Assembly: GCA_041674205.1 (NCBI GenBank)
Contig: JBAYWF010000004.1
Coordinates: forward strand, 26,721 to 90,720
Direction of reading: 5' to 3'
Source of the DNA: Parcubacteria group bacterium
Lineage (GTDB): Bacteria > Patescibacteriota > Minisyncoccia > Moranbacterales > UBA2206
Length of the DNA stretch: 64,000 nt
Part shown: one piece after another, positions 18,380-27,697 of the stretch
Position numbering within the stretch: the first letter of the stretch is position 1
How the letters are laid out: the number at the start of each line of letters is the position of its first letter
The notes under the pieces: model-generated
Told to the model about the DNA's origin: nothing
The model's database searches: none
Seen by the model: the letters and a program-made list of their open reading frames with translations, nothing else
Program-made: the position numbers and the translations under genes

Positions 18380-18757
18380 GCGTTTTCGTATATAAATATA
18401 AAAAAAAGACCTGCTTCATTCCGTAGGCCTTTTTTTTATTATCCGTAGGGGAGAGGTTTGGTAATCTCAAATAAAAAAAGTTTTGGACTATTGGACATAC
18501 ATAGATGTATCCTGCGAAGCCAGCCGATTGAAATCTGATTGGAATGGGATGCCAAGGCATACATAGATGTATATGCCGCAACTTTATTTTTTAAAAACAA
18601 CTACCGATCATAGCACGGAGAGAAGGCGTATGGATAGGTCTATATATCTATTAGGATATATTATAATGGGCAAGGCGAATGTTTTAAAAACGATGCAATG
18701 TCGCAAAAGAAATGATGTGCGACACTGTCCATATTCCAAGATAGGGCTATTTTCCCC

Positions 18758-19348
18758 CTAAATAAGGGTACTTTTAGCATTATAATTTTTAATAAAACTG
18801 ACCGGCTCTTTCCAATACTCCGCCTCCGTCAGGCCGTTCTCTTTGTAGTAGCCCGGCAATACTTTTCCATAATACGGTCCGGTATATATTCCGAAGTGCA
18901 GATGTTCTTCCTCCCAGGCTCCATTTGACTCGCTCATAGCCTTTCCGATCGTGCCGATAATCCCGCCCATCTCGATCGTATCGCCTCTTTTGACATAGCG
19001 TTTGCCCATATGGCCATACAAGGAGTAGAAAATTTCCCTGGATTGCGGTTTTTTATGGGCGATAATCACGATTCCGCCCCAATTCCTCTTTTCAACCTGG
19101 CCATTTTCGGAAAATTCTCCCGGGTGCAGCTTTGAATACACGACTACCCCTCTTCCAGCCGAAAAAACCTTAGTGTCATGCGGCACGGATATGTCGATGC
19201 CTAGGTGCTTGCCCCACAATGTCTTATCATACACATTCATCTCTCCGAATCCCGAGGAAATATTTTTGAAATTTCCAATCGGGAAAATCAAATTAGGTGT
19301 GATCCGATACGCCATGGCCGTAGTTTTTCCAGTGCCGGGTCTTGGCAA
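18758..19348 (-). CDS. M23-family peptidase (short, catalytic domain only)
   Basis: HLGIDIS...YGHM...EEEHLHFGIY motifs. Confidence 0.7.
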   Translation of the reverse strand: MPRPGTGKTTAMAYRITPNLIFPIGNFKNISSGFGEMNVYDKTLWGKHLGIDISVPHDTKVFSAGRGVVVYSKLHPGEFSENGQVEKRNWGGIVIIAHKKPQSREIFYSLYGHMGKRYVKRGDTIEMGGIIGTIGKAMSESNGAWEEEHLHFGIYTGPYYGKVLPGYYKENGLTEAEYWKEPVSFIKNYNAKSTLI

Positions 19349-19372
19349 TCGCCAAAACCTTGGACCGGATTG

Positions 19373-19759
19373 TTATTTATGCTTATTTTGATAATCCTTA
19401 ATAGCTTCATGAAGGGCTTCATCGGCCAAATTTGAACAATGCATCTTGATCGGCGGAAGGCCTTCCAGCGCGTCAGCTACATCTTGCCGGGTTATCTTCA
19501 TCGCTTCCTCAAGCGTCTTATCCTTGGCTAGGTCGGTTATCATGGAAGAGGTCGCGATGGCTGAGGCGCAACCCAGGGTTTCGAAACCGATCTTATTAAT
19601 CACTTCTCCCCGCTGTTTGTCCCGTTTGACTTTGATATATATTTTCATCAAGTCTCCGCAAACCGGATTGCCGACCATCCCGACGCCTGAGGCGTTTTTG
19701 ATCACGCCCTGGTTATGGGGACGCGTGAAATGTTCCAAGACTTTTTTTGAATATTGCAT
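19373..19759 (-). CDS. Fe-S cluster assembly scaffold protein (IscU/NifU-like)
   Basis: GNPVCGDLM, ETLGCASA and KMHCSNLA carry the three conserved Cys of U-type scaffolds. Confidence 0.85.
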   Translation of the reverse strand: MQYSKKVLEHFTRPHNQGVIKNASGVGMVGNPVCGDLMKIYIKVKRDKQRGEVINKIGFETLGCASAIATSSMITDLAKDKTLEEAMKITRQDVADALEGLPPIKMHCSNLADEALHEAIKDYQNKHK

Positions 19760-19836
19760 ATGGTTGATTTACGGATACGGTTCAGATTTCCAGCTCGGCT
19801 GTTGTGGTCGTCCATCCGCACGGCATCCGCTTTGAA

Positions 19837-21069
19837 TTATTTCTTAGAATAGTAATCCGCCAGGACTGAGCCGGAAATTTTCCGCAATCTTCCGGCGATG
19901 ATTTTCAATTTTTTTACCACCATGTCGATTTCGCTTTTAGTCGTATACTTTCCCAATGTCATCCGCAATGATCCGTGCGCCTGTTCGGCTTTCAATCCGA
20001 TAGACAAGAGGACGTGCGAAGGCGAAAGCGCACCGGACGAACAGGCTGATCCGGTCGAACAAGCGATGCCTTCCATATCCAGCGACAATAATAACCCCTC
20101 CCCTTCTATATCCCTGAATGAAAAATTGGCATTGTTGGGCGAACGCATTATTTTCGATCCATTGAGCGTCGCGTTCGGGATTTCGCGCAAAACCTTCCCG
20201 ATCAGATAGTCGCGCAGGCTTTGGATTTTTTTTGAGTCCTTCGACGCATTTTTTTTCATAATCTCAATCGCTTTGCCGAATCCGACGATTCCGGTGACAT
20301 TGTGCGTGCCGGCGCGCATCTTGTATTCCTGGTCGCCTCCGTCCTGGATTTTCCGGATCGCAGTACCCTTCCTGACATACAGCATCCCGATACCTTTGGG
20401 TCCGTAAATCTTATGCGCGGACATCGAAAGCAGGTCCACGCCTAATTTTTCCACATCGCAATCAAAATAGTTGACGGCCTGCGTTGCATCGGTATGGAAC
20501 ACGGCTTTAAATTCATTTTCCGTCCTGTTTTTGTTGGTTTTTGCGACCAATTTGGCGATCTTTCCGATCGGCTGCACTGTGCCTATTTCATTATTAACAT
20601 ACATTATGGAAATCAAAACCGTGTTCGGCTGGATAGCCTTTGCGATTTCGGAAACCTTCACTATGCCGTCCTTGCCAGGCTTGACGTAGGACACTTCGGC
20701 CAGTCCTTCTTTTTCTGCCGCCTTACATGAATCCAAGACGCAATGATGTTCGAAGGCGGACGTGATGATATGCGGTTTTTTGCCGCGGTTTTCCGCCTTG
20801 GAATAGTATGATTTCAAAACACCCTTGACTGTCAGGTTGTTCGATTCGGTCGCGCCACTAGTAAAGACTATTTCAGTCGGCGCGCACCCGAAGAAACCGG
20901 CGATCTTTCCGCGGGCCGTGTCGACGGCTTGCAAAGCCTCTTGCCCGAAAGAATGGATGGACATCGCGTTGCCAAATTTTTCCGAAAAATACGGCAGCAT
21001 TTCTTTCAAGACTTCTTTATCTACGGGCGTAGTGGCGGCATAATCGAGATATATTTTTTTGTTCTGCAT
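19837..21069 (-). CDS. Cysteine desulfurase (NifS/IscS class V aminotransferase)
   Basis: IYLDYAATTP start, SAHKIYGPKGIG (PLP lysine) and SGSACSSG active-site Cys loop. Confidence 0.85.
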   Translation of the reverse strand: MQNKKIYLDYAATTPVDKEVLKEMLPYFSEKFGNAMSIHSFGQEALQAVDTARGKIAGFFGCAPTEIVFTSGATESNNLTVKGVLKSYYSKAENRGKKPHIITSAFEHHCVLDSCKAAEKEGLAEVSYVKPGKDGIVKVSEIAKAIQPNTVLISIMYVNNEIGTVQPIGKIAKLVAKTNKNRTENEFKAVFHTDATQAVNYFDCDVEKLGVDLLSMSAHKIYGPKGIGMLYVRKGTAIRKIQDGGDQEYKMRAGTHNVTGIVGFGKAIEIMKKNASKDSKKIQSLRDYLIGKVLREIPNATLNGSKIMRSPNNANFSFRDIEGEGLLLSLDMEGIACSTGSACSSGALSPSHVLLSIGLKAEQAHGSLRMTLGKYTTKSEIDMVVKKLKIIAGRLRKISGSVLADYYSKK

Positions 21070-21078
21070 AAATTTATT

Positions 21079-21468
21079 TTATTTGTTTAAATCGCTTAAT
21101 TTTATGTGGGACAAGGTCTTTTCAATCTGCGTGCCGAGAATCTGCCAAACGATTTTCGATGAGCATTGATGTTCCATCCGGCAGGTCTTGCCTACGCATT
21201 TCATCGGCGCAATCGGCCCCTCCAGGGCGATAACGACATCCGCTACGCTGATTTTCTTGGCGGGTCTTTTCAAAGCATATCCCCCATTGACGCCTTTGAA
21301 ACTTTCAACCAGGCCATATTTGCGCAAACCGTTCAAAAGCCGTTCTAAATATTTGATGGAAATCGACTCCTCCTTGGCAATCAGCTTGATATTTTTGGTC
21401 CGGGTTTCATCCTTGGCCAAGTTGACCATAGCCTTGAGGCCGTATTCGGCTTTGGTGGAAAATTTCAT
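21079..21468 (-). CDS. Rrf2-family transcriptional regulator (IscR-like)
   Basis: N-terminal wHTH (KAEYGLKAMVNLAK...) and three Cys (C-x-...-C-x5-C), consistent with a cluster-ligating Rrf2. Heads the cysteine desulfurase-scaffold operon. Confidence 0.75.
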   Translation of the reverse strand: MKFSTKAEYGLKAMVNLAKDETRTKNIKLIAKEESISIKYLERLLNGLRKYGLVESFKGVNGGYALKRPAKKISVADVVIALEGPIAPMKCVGKTCRMEHQCSSKIVWQILGTQIEKTLSHIKLSDLNK

Positions 21469-21477
21469 AATTCAATA

Positions 21478-21492
21478 TCCTACTAATTTAGT
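21478..21492. promoter_or_regulatory. Perfect 13-bp palindrome tactaatttagta just upstream of the Rrf2 start codon; candidate autoregulatory operator
   Basis: tactaa-t-ttagta lies about 10 nt upstream of the Rrf2 ATG (minus strand), between a TTGACG...TAGTAT-like promoter (read on the minus strand at about 21498-21535) and the start. Confidence 0.4.
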
Positions 21493-21855
21493 ATGCTTTA
21501 ATACTACAAAAAAACTTGAACCGCGTCAAGTCTTTTGTTTTTTGGTTTGATTCCAGGCTATCCCTACATCCACTGCGTTATTTCGTAGGAAATAGCGATA
21601 GTTATTATCAAAAATACCGAGGCGATGATCGTAAAAGCGAATTTAAGCGCCTCATCGGATTTCGGATTCTTCACGTCTTTGAACATCGTTTTTTGTTATT
21701 TTTTAATATACGGATATTTTATCATAAATAGGAAATTTGTCACCTTTGGCGCAATCCTAGGCTAATCAGAAGCAAATCCTTGACTTTTCGGGGTTTATCT
21801 GATATAACGAAACAAACCCAACAACTGAAAAAACACCTGGGGAGGCGGGGAAAAA

Positions 21856-22061
21856 TGAAAAAAATACGAACAGTTGGCTGCAATCCATTCATGCAGGGAT
21901 TGCAGAGGAATTTTTTGGTTGTCCTGGCGATATTTTCAAATATCGTCGGGATAATCGCCATTGCGGTCGACAAATTTTACCTGCCGGCCGCAGTAGGATT
22001 TTTAGCATTTGCCCAAGTGCTGAAAATCCTGCACGACTACCGGAGCATCAATAAGGGCTGA
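21856..22061 (+). CDS. Small membrane protein, hypothetical (start chosen at the internal ATG with a GGAGG-like RBS)
   Basis: ggggaggcggggaaaaatg context. The product MKKIRTVGCNPFMQ...LVVLAIFSNIVGIIAIAV has one clear TM helix. Confidence 0.3.
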
Positions 22062-22187
22062 AAAATCACCCCCACCCTTGCTCCGGAGAAAGCGCCTAGG
22101 ATATCCATCATCCTTGGCGCTTATTTTTTAAGCTATTTTTCCGGTTTGACCGCGCCGCCACCCTGGATTACAATTGGATTATAAACT

Positions 22188-23312
22188 ATGAGGATATCCT
22201 ACTCGGCGTTCGATACCTATCAGAATTGTTCGCTGAAATATAAATTCCAGAATATCGACCACATTAAGACTCCTAAATCCAAGGAGGCGGTTTTCGGTTC
22301 CACGGTCCATGAAACGATGAAATTTATCCACACGACCGGCATCCTCTCCCCCACCCTCGACCAAGCGATGGAACATTTTTCCAATTCCTGGAATCCGGCG
22401 GTTTTCGACAGCGCCGACGAGGAGCGCGCCGCTTTTTCGCAAGGCGTGCGGATCATCCAGGATTATTATCAAAAAAACAATCCGGCTAATTTCAATATCG
22501 TCGATTTGGAATCACGTTTCCAAATCGAAATCGGCCCCATCGAGGACAAACATATCATTTCCGGCATCATCGATCGCATCGATAAGACCGAGGACGGCTA
22601 TGAAATTATCGATTACAAAACCACCAAAAAAATGCCCTCCCAGGAAAAAGTCGATAACGATTTGCAACTTTCCGTTTATCTGCAAGCCTTCCTTTCACGT
22701 TACCCGAAAGAAATTGAAAACATCGGCAAACTGAAAGTGAGCCTCTATTATCTCAAACACGGAGTGAAGCTTTCCGCCACCCGGACAATCGAACAGCTCC
22801 AAAAAAGTGAACAACTTTTTCTAGACGTTATCAGGTTGATAGAAGAAGGTAAATTCGAACCGAACATCACCCCGCTTTGCGATTGGTGCGGTTATCAAAA
22901 TATCTGCCCGATGTGGAAGCACAAATTCAAGGAGTTGCGGAAAATAGACACGGAGGAGGTGGATTCCGCCATCAACGAATATGTCGAGCTGAAATCGGCC
23001 ATCTCCATCACCAAAGATCGCCTAGCGGAAATCCAAGACAAAATCCTGCAATATATGGACCAGGAAGGCGTCGAACGGGTTTTCGGCTCGCAAGGCATCG
23101 TCGGCCGGTCTTTGCGCAAAACCTATAAATATGATGAAAAAAAGATCCGTGAAATCCTTGAGCCGCTCGACAAATGGGAATCGGTCCTGAAAGTCGACGG
23201 CATCGCCCTCAAGCAGATTATGGGCGTGTTGCCATTTGAAGCTAAAGCGGAAATCGAAAAAGCCAAGGTGATCGACAAAGAAACCAAAACTTTAGCCGTA
23301 AAAAAGAAGTAG
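22188..23312 (+). CDS. PD-(D/E)XK nuclease with Cas4/AddB-type 4-Cys Fe-S motif plus C-terminal coiled-coil extension (stand-alone Cas4-like/RecB-family exonuclease)
   Basis: N-terminal Cys (YQNCSLKYKF), nuclease core GIIDRIDKT...YEIIDYKT (D...E/D-x-K), C-terminal CDWCGYQNICP (C-x2-C-x5-C). Residues about 250-374 are charged and helical. Confidence 0.65.
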   Translation: MRISYSAFDTYQNCSLKYKFQNIDHIKTPKSKEAVFGSTVHETMKFIHTTGILSPTLDQAMEHFSNSWNPAVFDSADEERAAFSQGVRIIQDYYQKNNPANFNIVDLESRFQIEIGPIEDKHIISGIIDRIDKTEDGYEIIDYKTTKKMPSQEKVDNDLQLSVYLQAFLSRYPKEIENIGKLKVSLYYLKHGVKLSATRTIEQLQKSEQLFLDVIRLIEEGKFEPNITPLCDWCGYQNICPMWKHKFKELRKIDTEEVDSAINEYVELKSAISITKDRLAEIQDKILQYMDQEGVERVFGSQGIVGRSLRKTYKYDEKKIREILEPLDKWESVLKVDGIALKQIMGVLPFEAKAEIEKAKVIDKETKTLAVKKK

Positions 23313-23330
23313 TCCGGCAAAAAACAGGAA

Positions 23331-23357
23331 AGTCCCGCGGAAACGGGACTTTTTTAT
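23331..23357 (+). terminator. Rho-independent terminator after the Cas4-like gene
   Basis: agtcccgcggaaacgggact hairpin followed by TTTTTT. Confidence 0.7.
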
Positions 23358-23518
23358 ATCCATATATTTGAAATAGGTTTGATTTTAGTCGGACCGGATA
23401 GATCGCCAGACAACGAATTTTTCGATAATATCACCCTCACAACCAAAAAATTTGATATCTATGCCACCCTCGGTCCTTGAGTGATACATACTACAATGGT
23501 TTCTGAAAAACATTTCAT

Positions 23519-23857
23519 TCAGCCGCGCGCGTCCGTTTCGGGAACTTTTTTCGCTTCTATAACGACATTTTTGAAATTTACTTTTAATTTTTTATTAATT
23601 TCCGACAATTCTTTCGCGAAGACGCGGATTTCCTGGACACTGGCACTGCCGCGGATTTTGATCAAAAGGCAACCGGTCTCTTCTTTTATTTTCACCCTTT
23701 GCGGCCCGGCCTTGATGCCCATTTTGATATGGCCTATCGCGATATTGGATACGCCGGGATCTTTCAAAAGGAAGTCGATAATCGGCCTGGCCGCGTCGAT
23801 CACCGTCGTGTGCCGTCCGCCGATTTTCCCGCCGCTGCGGTGGTTGTTCGCGCCCAT
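23519..23857 (-). CDS. Hypothetical conserved protein co-transcribed with pyrH (start uncertain; GC-rich 5-prime end)
   Basis: ORF overlaps the pyrH stop by 4 nt. No motif I can assign. Possibly shorter (internal MGIKAGPQ...). Confidence 0.3.
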   Translation of the reverse strand: MGANNHRSGGKIGGRHTTVIDAARPIIDFLLKDPGVSNIAIGHIKMGIKAGPQRVKIKEETGCLLIKIRGSASVQEIRVFAKELSEINKKLKVNFKNVVIEAKKVPETDARG

Positions 23858-23860
23858 AAA

Positions 23861-24553
23861 TTATTTTATAATCGTCCCCTTGGCTTTTTGGCCTTCCAGA
23901 TATTTTTTGAGATTCGGCAGGTTTTGGCCGTTCATAATGGCGACTTCAAGTCCGATTTCTTGCGCTTCCTTGGAAGCGATCGGATCAAAAGGCGCGTTCA
24001 TTCCGGGATCCCATTTATTTCCTACCATTTTGCGGAATTCCGTCCAGGAAATTTCTTCGATTTTTTTCGCATCGGGAAATTTGCGCGGATCTTTGTCGCA
24101 GACGTAGTCGATATTGGAAAGATTGATGACGGTTTTGATGCCTAGATATTTAGCCAGAAGCACGGCATCGAAGTCCGTGGAAAAGCCCGGCCGCCAACCG
24201 GCCGCCACTAGGATATTTTCTTTGAAGTTATAGAAATCTTCCAAATCATGCGGATTTTTGTTGATGCGAGGATGGGCGTGCTTGCGGAAGATTGTCCGGA
24301 TAAAATGGGCATTCATCCGCGTGGCGTGTATGCCGATCCAATCCTTATCTTCATCATTGATGTCGTCGATTTTAGCCGACGCATCGATATATTTGCGTGC
24401 GGTTTTTCCTCCGCCGGTAATCAGGATGAATTTCAAACCTTTTTCGATTTGCTCCTCGATGAGCGCCTTGAATTTCTTCACGAATTTCCAATCGATTTCT
24501 TCCGGTACGATCAGCGACCCGCCCAATGAGATGATGATGGTTTTTTTGTCCAT
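23861..24553 (-). CDS. pyrH: UMP kinase (amino-acid-kinase fold, archaeal/short type)
   Basis: IIISLGGSLI, ILITGGGKTARKY and C-terminal DYVCDKDPRKFPDAKKIEEISWTEF match the UMP kinase pattern. Confidence 0.7.
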   Translation of the reverse strand: MDKKTIIISLGGSLIVPEEIDWKFVKKFKALIEEQIEKGLKFILITGGGKTARKYIDASAKIDDINDEDKDWIGIHATRMNAHFIRTIFRKHAHPRINKNPHDLEDFYNFKENILVAAGWRPGFSTDFDAVLLAKYLGIKTVINLSNIDYVCDKDPRKFPDAKKIEEISWTEFRKMVGNKWDPGMNAPFDPIASKEAQEIGLEVAIMNGQNLPNLKKYLEGQKAKGTIIK

Positions 24554-24659
24554 AATCTATAGATTTATTGATTTAAATACCCGCAAATATTATGATAACC
24601 GCAATCGCTTTTTGTGGCAAATGACGAAGGTCGTCTTAAAAAACCATTGGACTTAAAAT

Positions 24660-25067
24660 CTATTTGCATCCGGCGCTCGCAGTCCTCCCCTGGGCCAGCG
24701 CTTCCTGGGCGGTGGCGAAACAAACGAGGTTTTCAGGCTTGATCCTTTTGGCGTACGAGCAGCTGGGCGGATAGAATTTATCGGAATTTTTACTGCCGAC
24801 ATAAGCGCATTTTTTCAATGGCGCCAAATCAGCCTCGCCAGGCGTTTTCTTGGTGATATCGATATTTGATGCCTGATCAGTGGAAACCGGGCATCCAGAG
24901 CCGTTTTCTGAGCCTACAGCCGGTTTTTCAATGACTACTGGGCTGGATTTGAAAGATTTCCCCTGCGTATAGCCGAATTCGAAAGAAATAGTCGCAATCA
25001 ACACGAAGCCTATGGCTAAAACAAGCTTATATTCATATTTATCCCAGAATTCCCTTAAATTTAGCAT
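24660..25067 (-). CDS. Hypothetical membrane-anchored protein with conserved Cys pairs
   Basis: N-terminal TM (LVLAIGFVLIATISF), then a soluble domain with four Cys. Confidence 0.4.
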   Translation of the reverse strand: MLNLREFWDKYEYKLVLAIGFVLIATISFEFGYTQGKSFKSSPVVIEKPAVGSENGSGCPVSTDQASNIDITKKTPGEADLAPLKKCAYVGSKNSDKFYPPSCSYAKRIKPENLVCFATAQEALAQGRTASAGCK

Positions 25068-25116
25068 AATCCGTTTGGTTATAGGCTATCAACTGCGGAG
25101 CAAAACCGATCCGATA

Positions 25117-25144
25117 TTGACATTGTACCATATTTTGCTATAAT
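25117..25144 (+). promoter_or_regulatory. Consensus sigma70-type promoter (TTGACA-16-TATAAT) upstream of rpmA
   Basis: ttgaca at 25117-25122, 16-nt spacer, tataat at 25139-25144, about 90 nt upstream of the rpmA ATG. Confidence 0.5.
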
Positions 25145-25234
25145 AAATCTCGTTATCCCCTAGGGCATCGTGGTGATGGACAAATGCCTGAGTGGGAATG
25201 ATTTTTAGCGGTTATAATACTTAAATAAACAAAT

Positions 25235-25582
25235 ATGGCACATCGTAAAGCTGGTGGATCTACCCAGCTGGGCCGTGATTCGATATCCAAAAGGCTCGGC
25301 GTCAAAATTTTCGGAGACCAAAAGGTCCAAGCTGGAAATATAATTATCCGGCAACGCGGATCGAAGTGGAGACCCGGAACCAACGTGAAGCAAGGCGAGG
25401 ACGACACCCTCTATTCTATGGTTGACGGCGTCGTAAAATTCGCCCGGAAGAAAGTCCGGACTTTCACCGGCAACTTGGAAAATAAAAGATTCGTTTCAGT
25501 AGTTGCGGAAGCTCCCGTAGCCGAAAAAACGAAGACCGCCCGCCCGAAGACCAAGGCTGGCAAAATCAGCAACAAAAAATAA
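25235..25582 (+). CDS. rpmA: 50S ribosomal protein L27 with Lys-rich C-terminal extension
   Basis: [24 protein letters not shown] is the canonical L27 N-terminus. About 30 extra K/A/T-rich residues at the C-terminus. Confidence 0.85.
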   Translation: MAHRKAGGSTQLGRDSISKRLGVKIFGDQKVQAGNIIIRQRGSKWRPGTNVKQGEDDTLYSMVDGVVKFARKKVRTFTGNLENKRFVSVVAEAPVAEKTKTARPKTKAGKISNKK

Positions 25583-25638
25583 TCGGATTCTTGCGATAAA
25601 AAAATCCTCCTGAATATTTGGGAGGATTTTTTATTTTT

Positions 25639-25923
25639 TTATTCCCGTTCATTATTCCTATCCGAATCGTCCGATTCGGTATCTGGAAGTTCAAAAGGAA
25701 AGTCATCTTCAGCTAATTTGATTAAATTTTCAAAAAAATCGACGTCGGCGCTTGTTTTAGCGGAATCGGATATATGGTTGATGATTTCTTCCTTGTCCGA
25801 AAGCGCAAGTCTTTGGGATAGGTTTTGCAAGCCCTTCCCATCTAACTGTTCCACTCTTTTTTTAAGACCATCCTTGAGCTGTTCCAATGATTTTGGTAGC
25901 TCGAATGCTTTTTCTGATTGCAT
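25639..25923 (-). CDS. Hypothetical acidic protein
   Basis: 94-aa ORF, very acidic C-terminus (DDFPFELPDTESDDSD), immediately downstream of pyrG. Confidence 0.35.
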   Translation of the reverse strand: MQSEKAFELPKSLEQLKDGLKKRVEQLDGKGLQNLSQRLALSDKEEIINHISDSAKTSADVDFFENLIKLAEDDFPFELPDTESDDSDRNNERE

Positions 25924-25940
25924 ATGCTTATTTCAAAAAA

Positions 25941-27647
25941 TTATTTTATTTTCTTTTTCAGGCCCACTCCCGCTTTGATGAATTCATTGAAAAGCGGATG
26001 ACCCTTGATCGGATTGGTTTTAAGTTCCGGATGGAATTGCGTCGAAACGAAGAATGGATGGATCGCAATTGGCAATTCGGTGATTTCCATCAGCTTGCTA
26101 TCCGGTGATTTTCCTGAAAAAACCAGGCCGGCTTTTTCCAGACGTTCGATGTATTCCGGATTAACTTCCCAACGGTGCCGGTGGCGCTCGGAAATCTTGA
26201 CTGACCGATAGGCTTTGTTAGCGATGCTGCCCTTTTGCAGGACGGCCGGATAAGCACCTAGTCTCATCGTAGCTCCATAATTCCCGTCTTCCAGATTCTT
26301 TTTCTGTTCAGGCATAATATCGATGACCGGATTTTTAGTATTCCTATTGACTTCGGTCGTGTGGGCGTCCTTGAGGCCCAAGACGTTGCGCGCGTATTCG
26401 ATTACGGCCAATTGCATCCCATAGCAAAGTCCCAAGAACGGGATTTTATTTTTGCGTAAAAACTCGATTGCCAAAATTTTGCCTTCGATGCCTCGCGAGC
26501 CGAATCCGCCCGGAATGACGATGCCGTCATATTCTTTCAATTCTTCCAATTTTTCCGGATTTTTCTCATACGTCTCACTGCTGATCCAATCGATTTTCGG
26601 TTTGACATGGTTATGGTATGCCGCATGCTTCACCGCTTCAATCACGCTGATATAGGCGTCTGACAAGACGAAATCGCCTGTGCCGAAATATTTGCCGACG
26701 ATTCCGATCCGGGCCGTCCCTTTCGGATGCTTTATTTTTTCCACCAGGTCGTACCAGCCGGAAAGATCGGTCTTATCATATTTCAAACCGAGTTTTTTCA
26801 ATATCAAACGGCTCAAATCATCCCTTTCGAAATTGATCGGCACCTCATAGATACTATCGATGTCCGGCGCGGAAATCACGTCGCGTTCCGGGATATTGCA
26901 AAACATCGCGATTTTCTCCTTCCTTCTTTGATCCAGGAACGTCTCACTGCGGGCGATGATGAAATCCGGCTGGATGCCGGCCCCGTTTAGTGTCCGCACC
27001 GCGTATTGCGTCGGCTTGGTCTTCATTTCGCCGATCTTGGATGGGATAGGCAGATAGCTGACCATGATGACCAACACGTCATCCGGATGCTTTATTCTCA
27101 TCATCCGCGCCGCTTCCAAAAACAAGATATTCTGGTATTCGCCTACCGTGCCTCCGATCTCGATGATCGAAATGTCAGCCTTGGCTTTCTCCGAAGCCTT
27201 CTCGATCCGCTCGATGACTTCCAGCGGGATATGCGGCACGACTTCCACGCATTTGCCCTTGTATTTCAAATCCCTTTCTTTATGGATGACCGATTCATAC
27301 ACGCTGCCGGTCGTCATATAATTTTCCGATGGCAAAGTCACATTCAGGAACCTTTCATAATTTCCCATATCCTGGTCGGTTTCCAATCCGGAATCCAATA
27401 CGAAAACCTCGCCATGCTCGGTCGGGTTCATCGTGCCGGCATCGACATTGATATATGGATCGATCTTCATAGCGGTCACATGGAATCCGCGCGCATTAAG
27501 AATCGCTCCGACCGCCGAAGTCGTAACTCCCTTGCCTACCCCACTCATCACTCCCCCGACGACAAAAATGTATTTTCGGTTCTTCATAATGTTATTAAAA
27601 AATTTATTTTTTACAAACGAAAAAGCCGCCTCCCCTTGCGACTTCAT
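25941..27647 (-). CDS. pyrG: CTP synthase
   Basis: KYIFVVGGVMSGVGKG N-terminal synthetase motif and C-terminal glutamine amidotransferase GLCYGMQ. Confidence 0.9.
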   Translation of the reverse strand: MKSQGEAAFSFVKNKFFNNIMKNRKYIFVVGGVMSGVGKGVTTSAVGAILNARGFHVTAMKIDPYINVDAGTMNPTEHGEVFVLDSGLETDQDMGNYERFLNVTLPSENYMTTGSVYESVIHKERDLKYKGKCVEVVPHIPLEVIERIEKASEKAKADISIIEIGGTVGEYQNILFLEAARMMRIKHPDDVLVIMVSYLPIPSKIGEMKTKPTQYAVRTLNGAGIQPDFIIARSETFLDQRRKEKIAMFCNIPERDVISAPDIDSIYEVPINFERDDLSRLILKKLGLKYDKTDLSGWYDLVEKIKHPKGTARIGIVGKYFGTGDFVLSDAYISVIEAVKHAAYHNHVKPKIDWISSETYEKNPEKLEELKEYDGIVIPGGFGSRGIEGKILAIEFLRKNKIPFLGLCYGMQLAVIEYARNVLGLKDAHTTEVNRNTKNPVIDIMPEQKKNLEDGNYGATMRLGAYPAVLQKGSIANKAYRSVKISERHRHRWEVNPEYIERLEKAGLVFSGKSPDSKLMEITELPIAIHPFFVSTQFHPELKTNPIKGHPLFNEFIKAGVGLKKKIK

Positions 27648-27697
27648 ATCTGGTTTTTAAAAAAATGATTTTATATCCATTTGCGAATGGGCGCTTA

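Noticed and set aside
18380-18757. tRNA or other structured RNA gene in the long intergenic
   Set aside because: No cloverleaf-compatible sequence (no GTTC/T-loop or acceptor-stem pairing) could be found by eye. Left as a possible regulatory/sRNA region in findings. Other intergenic gaps were also scanned; none resembles a tRNA.
21516-21731. 71-aa +strand ORF and an alternative 42-aa minus-strand membrane micro-ORF (about 21568-21696)
   Set aside because: The +strand product is compositionally odd with no RBS. The minus-strand micro-ORF is plausible but unsupported. Neither is reported as a feature.
23481-24107. 208-aa +strand ORF overlapping the pyrH region
   Set aside because: Antisense to the UMP kinase and the upstream hypothetical. 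Product is low-complexity. Shadow ORF.
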